Below are positions 1-7,778 of a stretch of DNA of 64,000 nt, piece after piece. Position 1 is the stretch's first letter. Each line of letters begins with the position of its first letter. The translations under genes and the position numbers were made by a program. The DNA is from Bacteroidales bacterium (GTDB lineage Bacteria > Bacteroidota > Bacteroidia > Bacteroidales > JAHJDW01): NCBI GenBank assembly GCA_029004185.1, contig JAQUPB010000002.1, forward strand, positions 2,484 through 66,483. Direction: 5' to 3'. A model generated the notes under the pieces. That model did no database searches and had not been told where the DNA came from. It saw only the letters and a program-made list of their open reading frames with translations.

Positions 1-54
1 CAAATTTAGTAAATACTCTTAAATTTTTTCATTATTGCCTGATAAAAAAAATAC

Positions 55-147
55 ATCAGGGCTAAAGCCCATTCATGGCGGGTTTTATAACCCCGACCTT
101 AAGGTCGGGGTTACTGAAAAATGCATTTTTTGGACTTTAGTCCTGAT
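55..147. repeat. ~93-nt three-hairpin element with imperfect 16-nt terminal inverted repeats (copy A)
   Basis: Three hairpins: GGGC-TAAA-GCCC, CCCCGACC-TTAA-GGTCGGGG and GGAC-TTTA-GTCC. The ends ATCAGGGCTAAAGCCC and rc ATCAGGACTAAAGTCC match 14/16. A second copy lies at 34434-34527. Confidence 0.6.
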
Positions 148-258
148 TTTTTATGACTTTTATATATTTTTAAATATTAGATAATAATGAAACTTTTTAA
201 CAAAATACATTCTTTAGTCAATTTTTTCTATTTTTGAGAAAATAAAGTATCGAAAAAA

Positions 259-708
259 ATGAATATTCTTCATCCTCTTGAGGAATTAAAAAAACGGCCT
301 CTTTTGCTGAGTGTTTTATGTGTGCTTACAATTTTAGGGAATTGCATAATGATATTAAGCGGTTTGTTTTCATTGCTTGCTTTAAAAATTGTTTATTATT
401 TTTCAATATTTCCTATTCAAAACGAGCTTGTTTCTTATATTTTGTCGGGAGGTTCGGTTTTTGCAATAACTTCCATATTCCTGTGTTTTTTTACCATTGC
501 CGGAACAATAAAAATGTGGAACTTACGCAAAATGGGATTTTATCTTTATCTGATATCAAAAGCAGCTTTTATTTTAACTCCTTTTATTTTTCTTGTCCCG
601 GGAATTCTGGATCTTAATTCTGTTTTAAAAGGATTAATTCCGTATATTGCATTAACTTTTTTATTTGTAATTTTATATTTTCTAAATTTGAAATATATGC
701 ACGATTAA
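259..708 (+). CDS. hypothetical integral membrane protein
   Basis: 149-aa ORF with about four long hydrophobic segments (e.g. LLLSVLCVLTILGNCIMILSGLFSLLAL). No family recognised. Confidence 0.5.
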   Translation: MNILHPLEELKKRPLLLSVLCVLTILGNCIMILSGLFSLLALKIVYYFSIFPIQNELVSYILSGGSVFAITSIFLCFFTIAGTIKMWNLRKMGFYLYLISKAAFILTPFIFLVPGILDLNSVLKGLIPYIALTFLFVILYFLNLKYMHD

Positions 709-717
709 AAATATTGC

Positions 718-805
718 TTAATTGTTTTATTGTTAAATTGTTGTTTTCATTGTTGAGTGCAGAAATTAATATTATTTTTTAACAATTTAACAATTAGACA
801 ATTAA
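718..805. repeat. long hairpin built from AATTGTT-type words (25-bp stem, 38-nt loop)
   Basis: 718-742 is TTAATTGTTTTATTGTTAAATTGTT. The reverse complement of 781-805 is TTAATTGTCTAATTGTTAAATTGTT, matching 23/25. It lies between the ORF 259-708 stop and prkA. Confidence 0.6.
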
Positions 806-905
806 ACAATGAAGTCAATAGAAACATTATTCATAAAAAAAATGTAAAATATAATTTATAACTTAAATAAAGATTATTTAAAAAATACAATCGGAGGAAA
901 TTCCA

Positions 906-2987
906 ATGGCTAAAAAAAATGAAAATAATGCTGGTCCGCAGAAAAGCTTAATCCTGCACCTCGAAAATGTTATAAGCGGTGAACGTCGTTTCGAAAATGT
1001 TTTTCAGTCGGTATCGAGAATGATACTTGAAGACCAGAAAAAAATAGAAAAAGCTACTGTCAACGGGCGGAGTACTTATGATTTCAAGATTTTCCGTGAA
1101 GGCAAAAAACATATTATCGGAATGTTCGATGAAATCAACAGCTTTGTTTCTTTTGTAAAAGATGCGGCTGAAAGCGGCTCTTCTGCGGAAATGGCGTATG
1201 TTCTCATAGGCGAGCCCGGCAACGGCAAAACCTTTTTTGTGGATTTTCTGTGCAAGGCATACAGAGAATTTATTTCTCTTCCCCAAAATAAAAGATATAC
1301 TTTCAGTTTTAAAAATCTTGATAAAATCGGAGGATACGGCAAAATCACGAGCATAGAGTCACAGACTTTCGAAGACCCGATGATTCTTGCAATGAACCTT
1401 TTCGAAACAAAAGCTGAAAATGTTGAATTTCTGGCAAAAAACGGCGCAAATGAAAAACAAATAGAAAAGTTTTATAAAAATTATCGTCCGCTTGGTGCTT
1501 GCACATATTATATTTTTAATCAGATTAAAAATCATTGCAGCGGAAATATTGACAAGATGCTCGACTTTATTGATGTAGTTCCCGTTCAGGTTAGCGAATC
1601 GCGCGGAACAATTACGGGAAAATATGCCGCAAAAGATAAAATAACTTCTTCTGCCGTTGACTTACTTGGCGAAGAATCCTATTCACGGCTTTTACATATT
1701 GCCGAAACCGATAATCCTTACCGCTTCGATTTGCGAAGAGGAGCGTTGGCAAGGGTTGCCGGCGGCGGAATTCACTTTGCCGATGAAATTTTTAAAAACA
1801 AACGCGACCTCGTTCAGGTTTATCTGGGCGTTATCCAAAACAGAACAATCGAAATCGAAGGTTTCAAATGGCCTTTGGATACGCTAATTATAGCAACAAG
1901 CAACAATTCCGAATTTGCACGTTTCCTCGAAGAAAAAGAACAGGCACCGATAGTCGACAGATGCCGCCTGACCTATATGTCGCACAATACAAACTTCCAG
2001 CTGCAAAAAGAATTAACATCATTCTCTCTCGGCAGTCTGGAAAAAACAACGTTTGCAGGCGAAAAATTACATATCGACCCGAATTTAAATTATGGAATTT
2101 CAGTGTCGGTGGTGCTTTCACGAATGCCTTCATCCGACAAACTCACTCCCGTTGAAATGATGAAACTTGCCGCCGGTGAGGTTGCAGGCGAAAAAAGCAT
2201 AAGAACATTGGCCGAAGTAATTGACGACTTAAACCGCGACCCTGATATCACAAAGCGATTCGGACAAAAAGGTCTCGGTCACAGAAACCTCGGAAGGGCA
2301 ATTCAGATTTTGCTCGAACGTTCGGAAACGCAGGAAGGAAAGTGCATGTATGCAGGCGATATTTTTAAAGCACTCGAAAGCGTTATCCTTGACTATGTCC
2401 AGGATTCAAACGACAGGATTAAATATTTCAATGACCTGAAAATCGCAAAAGGGCTGCATCGTAAAAACATAATGACAACAATTTTTAATGCCTACATGGA
2501 CGAGCCCAATGCAGTTGAAAGAGATGTCATGAATTATGTAAACATGATTATCGGCATTGATGCCAAAAACCTCGGACCCGATAAAATATGGACATACCGC
2601 GACCCGCAGACAAACAAACTCATTCCCCTGAAAATTGACGAAACATTCATCAACAGCGTTGAGGAACGTATGGGTCTGAAAAACGAAGAACAGAAACAAA
2701 GTTACAGAACCACGGTTGCCAAAATATACGGACAGAAAATGATAACCGATCCGAACTATAATTTCATGGACAACAACGACCTTGTGAAAGCAGTTACCGA
2801 TGTACGACTGAAATCGGATGTTGCAGGTGCAGGTAGTCTTGTTGGTGCTTTGTCAAACAGAACCAACGAAGAAAATCAGAAACTTTACAACAGGATGATC
2901 GATACAATGGTTAATAAACTTGGTTATTGCACAACCTGTGCTCAGAAAACAATTGAGTATTTCTGCACGCAGGATGATGCAAATTAA
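906..2987 (+). CDS. prkA: PrkA family serine protein kinase (AAA+ N-terminal domain)
   Basis: 693 aa with Walker A GEPGNGKT. Length and layout fit PrkA/YeaG. DUF444 and SpoVR genes follow, the canonical neighbourhood. Confidence 0.85.
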   Translation: MAKKNENNAGPQKSLILHLENVISGERRFENVFQSVSRMILEDQKKIEKATVNGRSTYDFKIFREGKKHIIGMFDEINSFVSFVKDAAESGSSAEMAYVLIGEPGNGKTFFVDFLCKAYREFISLPQNKRYTFSFKNLDKIGGYGKITSIESQTFEDPMILAMNLFETKAENVEFLAKNGANEKQIEKFYKNYRPLGACTYYIFNQIKNHCSGNIDKMLDFIDVVPVQVSESRGTITGKYAAKDKITSSAVDLLGEESYSRLLHIAETDNPYRFDLRRGALARVAGGGIHFADEIFKNKRDLVQVYLGVIQNRTIEIEGFKWPLDTLIIATSNNSEFARFLEEKEQAPIVDRCRLTYMSHNTNFQLQKELTSFSLGSLEKTTFAGEKLHIDPNLNYGISVSVVLSRMPSSDKLTPVEMMKLAAGEVAGEKSIRTLAEVIDDLNRDPDITKRFGQKGLGHRNLGRAIQILLERSETQEGKCMYAGDIFKALESVILDYVQDSNDRIKYFNDLKIAKGLHRKNIMTTIFNAYMDEPNAVERDVMNYVNMIIGIDAKNLGPDKIWTYRDPQTNKLIPLKIDETFINSVEERMGLKNEEQKQSYRTTVAKIYGQKMITDPNYNFMDNNDLVKAVTDVRLKSDVAGAGSLVGALSNRTNEENQKLYNRMIDTMVNKLGYCTTCAQKTIEYFCTQDDAN

Positions 2988-2990
2988 AAT

Positions 2991-3058
2991 AGTTTCAAGT
3001 TTGAGGTTTGAAGTTTAAAGTTAAAAAGCTGCGAGCTGTGAGGTTCGAGCTACGAATA
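2991..3058. repeat. degenerate 7-8-nt word repeats directly after the prkA stop
   Basis: AGTTTCAA GTTTGAG GTTTGAA GTTTAAA GTTAAAAA, followed by GCTGCGA GCTGTGAG GTTCGA GCTACGAA. Confidence 0.55.
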
Positions 3059-3107
3059 GAAAAATTAATAGTTAAAAAATTGTCTTTAAGGTCAATTTAT
3101 TGAAATA

Positions 3108-3153
3108 AAACCCGTAGGGTTTAATATTGGTAATCCCGTGCTTTAGCACGGGG
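3108..3153. repeat. pair of GC-rich mini-hairpins in the prkA-yeaH spacer
   Basis: AAACCC-GTA-GGGTTT (3108-3122) and CCCGTGC-TTTA-GCACGGG (3135-3152). The reverse complement resembles 24516-24542 (TACCAATATT...CCC.TACGGG). Confidence 0.5.
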
Positions 3154-3208
3154 TAAAGAAATAACAACACATTAAGCGTCGCAAACAAAAAATAAATTAA
3201 TTGTTAAA

Positions 3209-4624
3209 ATGTATGATGCGACGCAAAGCAGAGAGTTTATGAATAGATACAAAATAATGAATTATAATAAAACATACAATAAACTAAAAAAAGCAGGTCT
3301 TTCAAAGGAGCAGGAGGAATTGATAAACCGCGAGATTGAAATTATTAAATCGTTTGAAAACTCCAAGGGTGAAGTTCCGGAAAAGCCGAAATTTCAGGGA
3401 TTGTATGACAAGAATGATTTGGAAATATTTCAGAAAATAAAACCCGATTTTGAAAAAGATTATTTACGCACATCCTTAAGAACTCTCGATGAACTTCTTG
3501 ACAAGGATAAAAAAAGAGAAGCTGACGGATTTCCACGCAGAATAAAAATCGGTAAACTAATTAAAACAGGCAAAGGCAACAAGGGAAAAGTTGTGGTTGT
3601 GCCTTCTACCACCGAACCGAAATTTTATCACGACGATTCAACAACCGAAGAAAATAAAACCGGTGGCAGCGGTGAAGGCGAAGAAGGAGAAGTGATTGGC
3701 GAACAACAGGCACAGCCTGAACAGGGCGAAGGCGATGCGCAGGGCGCAGGTCAAGGCGACGGAGCCGAACACGACATCAGTTCTGAAGCATTTGACCTTG
3801 GAAGAGTACTGACTGAAAAATTCCAACTTCCTAATCTGAAAGATAAAGGAAGAAAACGTTCATTTTCGAAATATACTTACGACCTTACCGATATTAACCG
3901 CGGCTTTGGTCAGGTACTCGATAAAAAAGCAACTTTAAAGAAAATAATAGAAACCAATATTCAGCTCGGAAAAATTGATGGCACAAAACCATTCTCGGGT
4001 GAAGACCTTCTTACAAGTCCGCAGGATTATGTGTACAGAATTTTTTCAAGAGAAAAAGATTTTGAAACGCAGGCAGTGGTTTTCTTCCTTCGCGATTATT
4101 CGGGCTCAATGCAAGGAAAACCTACGGAAGTTATTACAACTCAACATTTGCTGATTTACAGCTGGCTTATGTTTCAATATCAGAGTAATGTGATAACACG
4201 TTTCATTTTACACGACACCGAAGCAAAGGAAGTTCCCGATTTTTACACTTATTACCGTTCGCAGATTGCAGGCGGAACACGTGTTGCACCGGCCTTTCAG
4301 CTTGTGAATAAAATCGTGGAAGAAGAACGTCTGGCGAAAGATTATAATATTTATGTTTTTCACGGCACCGATGGCGACGACTGGGATACCGACGGCAAAG
4401 AACTTTTGGAGGCAATAGACAAAATGACAACATACGCAAACAGAATAGGAATAACGGTTGCAAAAAATTCATGGTCGGGTGAAAATAATACTGTGGTGGA
4501 AATTAATATTAATGATTCGGGATTATTAAAGGAAAAACCGCAGTTAATAAGAATTGACGGCTTCACCGCAGAAGAAGCAACTGAAGACAGAATTATTGAG
4601 GGTATAAAAAAATTAGTAGAATAA
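3209..4624 (+). CDS. yeaH: YeaH/YhbH (DUF444) family protein with vWA-like C-terminus
   Basis: 471 aa with an acidic G/E/Q-rich linker and a MIDAS-like FFLRDYSGSM. It sits between prkA and spoVR. Confidence 0.8.
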   Translation: MYDATQSREFMNRYKIMNYNKTYNKLKKAGLSKEQEELINREIEIIKSFENSKGEVPEKPKFQGLYDKNDLEIFQKIKPDFEKDYLRTSLRTLDELLDKDKKREADGFPRRIKIGKLIKTGKGNKGKVVVVPSTTEPKFYHDDSTTEENKTGGSGEGEEGEVIGEQQAQPEQGEGDAQGAGQGDGAEHDISSEAFDLGRVLTEKFQLPNLKDKGRKRSFSKYTYDLTDINRGFGQVLDKKATLKKIIETNIQLGKIDGTKPFSGEDLLTSPQDYVYRIFSREKDFETQAVVFFLRDYSGSMQGKPTEVITTQHLLIYSWLMFQYQSNVITRFILHDTEAKEVPDFYTYYRSQIAGGTRVAPAFQLVNKIVEEERLAKDYNIYVFHGTDGDDWDTDGKELLEAIDKMTTYANRIGITVAKNSWSGENNTVVEININDSGLLKEKPQLIRIDGFTAEEATEDRIIEGIKKLVE

Positions 4625-4630
4625 ATAATT

Positions 4631-5077
4631 TTAAAGATTGAAAAATTGAAAGATTAAAAGATTATGCAATATAAAAGATTTGAGGACTTGGAAATTTGGA
4701 AAAAAGCTGTAGAAATTGCAGTAATTATTTACAAATTGGCAAATACCGGAAAGTTAAAGAATGATTTTGCAACTAACGACCATTTAAGAAAAACTTCGCT
4801 TTCGATATCGAATAATATTGCCGAAGGATTTGAATACAATAACAACAATCAGTTTATTAAATATCTTTATATTGCAAAGAGTTCAGCAGGAGAACTTAGA
4901 AATCAAGTTTATGTTTTAAAAGAAGCTGAAATTATTGATAAAGAAATATACGAAAATATATATAATAGGTGTTTGGATGTCTCAAAGCAAATTTCAAATT
5001 TCATTAAATATCTGAAAACGTATCAAAAAAACAAAAAGCTTGTCAATCTTTAAATCTTTCAATTTTTTAATCTTTTA
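4631..5077 (+). mobile_element. candidate inserted cassette: inverted-repeat arms enclosing a four-helix-bundle gene
   Basis: The left arm (4631-4663) and right arm (5046-5077) pair over ~31 bp by hand. The segment exactly fills the gap between the yeaH stop and the spoVR ATG. Confidence 0.45.
4664..5053 (+). CDS. four-helix-bundle protein (23S rRNA intervening-sequence protein / Avd-like family)
   Basis: 129 aa with motifs FEDLEIWKKA, SISNNIAEGF and AKSSAGELRNQ, typical of TIGR02436/PF05635-type proteins. Confidence 0.85.
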   Translation: MQYKRFEDLEIWKKAVEIAVIIYKLANTGKLKNDFATNDHLRKTSLSISNNIAEGFEYNNNNQFIKYLYIAKSSAGELRNQVYVLKEAEIIDKEIYENIYNRCLDVSKQISNFIKYLKTYQKNKKLVNL

Positions 5078-6700
5078 ATGGAGCTAGTAAACCAACATAC
5101 AAAGAAAATAATGGAGGAGTGCAAAGTCAGGGCTCGTGCTGCAGGACTTAAGTTCGATAACGAATCGCTTGAATATATTGTATCGAACATAGATATGCTT
5201 GAACTTCATCCAAAAGTTATGATTCCTACTTTATATGATTACTGGGTTAACGATGTTGAAGTTCTTAAAGAAAAAGGAAAATATTCGCTTTACCCGAATA
5301 ATCCTTATGAGACGGTTATAAATTCACGTCCGGCAATTTCCTTTTACAATGATAATAATCCGGATTGGATGAACATAATGATTTTTTATCATGTTCTCGC
5401 TCATATAGATTGTTTTCAGAATAATGTATTATTTGAAAAAACATGGAATGATGATTTTGTAGGGCAGGCGCTTGCCGATAAACGGCTGGTTGCAAATCTG
5501 CGGAGCGAGCATGGACGCTGGCTTGATTATGCAATTGAATTCAGCAGGAATGTAGATAATCTTACGGGATATTTTAAAATATTGTCACTGCAGAATTTCC
5601 CTAAAAACATTGAACCATCGGCAAAAGCGAAATATTATTTTGCTACATTTTTACAGGAAAAAATAAAAATGCCCGCAAATGAAATTTATAAGGAAGTTGA
5701 AAAATTCAATAATTTCATAGAAAAGCAGGGCGATATCGGAGAAACAATGTTTTTCACAGACGTAAAAATTAAACATCCCGAATTTCAGGCATTGTACGAG
5801 CGTTTTGGTGAAGCCGAAAAACACGAAGCAACGGATGTGATGGAATTTATTAAAGATAATTCCCCGTTTTTGAAAAAGGATAATAACAGCTGGATGAAGT
5901 CGGTGATGAGTGTTGTGAGAAATACGGCACTGTATTTTGCACCGCAGATAAGAACGAAAATATTGAATGAGGGGTGGGCAAGTTATTGGCACGACCGACT
6001 TTTCATTTCCGACGACAGAATTAAAGGTCACGAAATAAATTATGCAAAATTAAATGCGGGAGTTACATCATTGAACCGTATTGGTTTAAATCCTTACGCT
6101 ATTGGTTTGCGTTTAATTCAGTATATCGAAATGCTTGCCGACAAAGGAAAACTTGATTATGATTTTCAAAAGCTCGAAGATATTGATAAACGGGGAAGCT
6201 ACGATAAAAAAGCAAAAAAAGGCAATGAAGCAATATTTGAAATCAGAAAAAATTTCTCCGATTTTATGCTGATAAATACTTTTATTAATCAGGATTTTGT
6301 TGATATGCATGGTTTATTTGTTGTCGGAATACGATATAATCCGCAGAGAAATACCAACGAATACTACATAAAAAGCAGGAAAGCCGCAGATTATAAAAAA
6401 ATGCTTCTGGACTCATTGTATCATCCGCCTTACGTAACGGTTAATATAGCCAAAACAAGCGAAGCAAACCTTTATCTCGAACATAAATTTGAAGGAAAGC
6501 AATTGATAAATGAATTCATTTCCGATACAATGCTCGGCATTTCATATTTATGGGGTTCACAGGTTCAGCTTGAAACTACTGAAATAGTTAAGAAAGAACA
6601 GAACCAGCTTTTCAATGCTGAAGAACAGGAAGAGGAATTTGAATACAGAAAAGTGCTTTATACTTATGAAAATAAAAGCATAAATAAAGTTTACTTATAA
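5078..6700 (+). CDS. spoVR: SpoVR family protein
   Basis: 540 aa with the NEGWASYWH motif. It is the last gene of the prkA-yeaH-spoVR arrangement. Confidence 0.85.
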   Translation: MELVNQHTKKIMEECKVRARAAGLKFDNESLEYIVSNIDMLELHPKVMIPTLYDYWVNDVEVLKEKGKYSLYPNNPYETVINSRPAISFYNDNNPDWMNIMIFYHVLAHIDCFQNNVLFEKTWNDDFVGQALADKRLVANLRSEHGRWLDYAIEFSRNVDNLTGYFKILSLQNFPKNIEPSAKAKYYFATFLQEKIKMPANEIYKEVEKFNNFIEKQGDIGETMFFTDVKIKHPEFQALYERFGEAEKHEATDVMEFIKDNSPFLKKDNNSWMKSVMSVVRNTALYFAPQIRTKILNEGWASYWHDRLFISDDRIKGHEINYAKLNAGVTSLNRIGLNPYAIGLRLIQYIEMLADKGKLDYDFQKLEDIDKRGSYDKKAKKGNEAIFEIRKNFSDFMLINTFINQDFVDMHGLFVVGIRYNPQRNTNEYYIKSRKAADYKKMLLDSLYHPPYVTVNIAKTSEANLYLEHKFEGKQLINEFISDTMLGISYLWGSQVQLETTEIVKKEQNQLFNAEEQEEEFEYRKVLYTYENKSINKVYL

Positions 6701-6706
6701 AAAAAC

Positions 6707-6778
6707 GCCACAGATTCGCAGATTATAAAACTACTCTTTTTTAAAATATTGTGTAAATTTAATCTGTGAATCTGTGGC
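6707..6778. repeat. GCCACAGATT-family palindrome (copy 1), likely terminator of spoVR
   Basis: GCCACAGATTCGCAGATTA (6707-6725) pairs with TAATCTGTGAATCTGTGGC (6760-6778). The stem is 19 bp with one mismatch and the loop is 34 nt. It starts 7 nt after the spoVR stop. Confidence 0.65.
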
Positions 6779-6803
6779 AATTTTGATACGCAATATTTGT
6801 TAT

Positions 6804-7373
6804 ATGACTCTGAAAATAAATCTTAAATTAATTATTTTATTTTTTTCATTTTTAAATGTTTTTTGTGCGGGTTCGGAAAAATTAAATAATAAAACAAATG
6901 ATAGTTTAGTTATGAAAATCGTTTTAAAAAGCAATGGATTCAATGATGGCGAGATGATGCCTGCAAAATTCACCTGCGATGGCGAAAATATTTCACCTCA
7001 ATTATCATGGGATTCTGTTCCCGAAAAAACAAAAACTTTCGCAATAATCTGTGACGACCCAGATGCACCGATGAGAGCATGGGTACATTGGGTGATATTT
7101 AATATTCCTGCAAATATGAAAGAATTGAAAGAAGGAATGAAAAAGAATTCGATTTTGGAAAACGGAATCAAGCAGGGTACAACCGATTTTGGTGAAACGG
7201 GATACGGTGGTCCTTGTCCTCCAAGCGATACACACAGATATTATTTTAAAATTTATGCACTGGATTGTGAATTAAATCTTAAAGTCGATGCAACAAAAGA
7301 ACAACTCCTGAAAGCAATGGAAGGACACATATTAGCCGAAGGTGAATTAATTGGAAAATATAGAAGAAAATAA
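6804..7373 (+). CDS. YbhB/YbcL family PEBP (Raf kinase inhibitor-like) protein, probable lipoprotein
   Basis: Motifs CDDPDAP, WVHWVIFNIP and GYGGPCPPSDTHRYYF. The ATG at 6804 gives signal peptide MTLKINLKLIILFFSFLNVFC. The track start at 6774 lies inside the palindrome. Confidence 0.8.
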   Translation: MTLKINLKLIILFFSFLNVFCAGSEKLNNKTNDSLVMKIVLKSNGFNDGEMMPAKFTCDGENISPQLSWDSVPEKTKTFAIICDDPDAPMRAWVHWVIFNIPANMKELKEGMKKNSILENGIKQGTTDFGETGYGGPCPPSDTHRYYFKIYALDCELNLKVDATKEQLLKAMEGHILAEGELIGKYRRK

Positions 7374-7461
7374 ATTCCCCAACCATATTAAATTACAATG
7401 TATTCTTTGATTTTTTTGATAAAAACTCTAAACTTGGCTTTTATTATGCAGTAAATTTTTG

Positions 7462-7469
7462 TATATTTG
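7462..7469 (+). promoter_or_regulatory. Bacteroidota sigma-A -7 box (TATATTTG)
   Basis: Exact TAnnTTTG, 22 nt upstream of the ATG at 7491. Confidence 0.4.
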
Positions 7470-7490
7470 TACAAGTAAAAAATCATTCAA

Positions 7491-7778
7491 ATGTCTGAAA
7501 AAGAAATAAAATCAAAATTAAATCCTTCTCTGTTCTGGGAATTTGATTTTAAAAAAATTGACCTAAAAAAAAACAAACCGCTTATAATTGAAAGAGTTGT
7601 TACAAGGGGTGAATTGGATGAATTTCTTACTATTCTGGCATATTATGGCGAGAAATCGATAAAAGAAGAAGTGATAAAAATCCGTAATCTTGATAAATAT
7701 ACTGTCAATTATTTTCATTTGGTTTTTAAAATACCAAAAAAACAATTTTTATGTTATACAAAGAGACAGTTGGATTAA
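7491..7778 (+). CDS. DUF6922-like small protein, putative antitoxin partner of the AbiEii-type NTase
   Basis: 95 aa with LFWEFDF...IIERVVTRGELDEF...YYG. It overlaps the downstream nucleotidyltransferase gene by 28 nt. Family assignment is from memory of the motif pattern. Confidence 0.55.
   Translation: MSEKEIKSKLNPSLFWEFDFKKIDLKKNKPLIIERVVTRGELDEFLTILAYYGEKSIKEEVIKIRNLDKYTVNYFHLVFKIPKKQFLCYTKRQLD

Noticed and set aside
2991-3058. Short-period tandem repeats at several intergenic sites considered as possible CRISPR or minisatellite arrays.
   Set aside because: The units are 7-8 nt, degenerate and contiguous, with no repeat-spacer organisation. There are no cas genes.
3040-3060. GGTTCGAGC at ~3042 and other GTTCGA strings (31370-31390) as possible tRNA T-arms.
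   Set aside because: No acceptor, anticodon or D-arm structure can be drawn around them. They are part of word repeats. No tRNA or rRNA gene was found in the window.
4664-5053. Possibility that the Avd-like four-helix-bundle gene marks a diversity-generating retroelement.
   Set aside because: The window contains no reverse transcriptase ORF, and I could find no template/variable repeat pair with A-specific differences. It is reported only as a hairpin-bounded cassette.
6774-6803. Track start (GTG at 6774) for the PEBP gene, giving the N-terminus MAILIRNICYM.
   Set aside because: These codons lie inside the right arm of the 6707-6778 palindrome. The ATG at 6804 yields a proper lipoprotein-type signal peptide.
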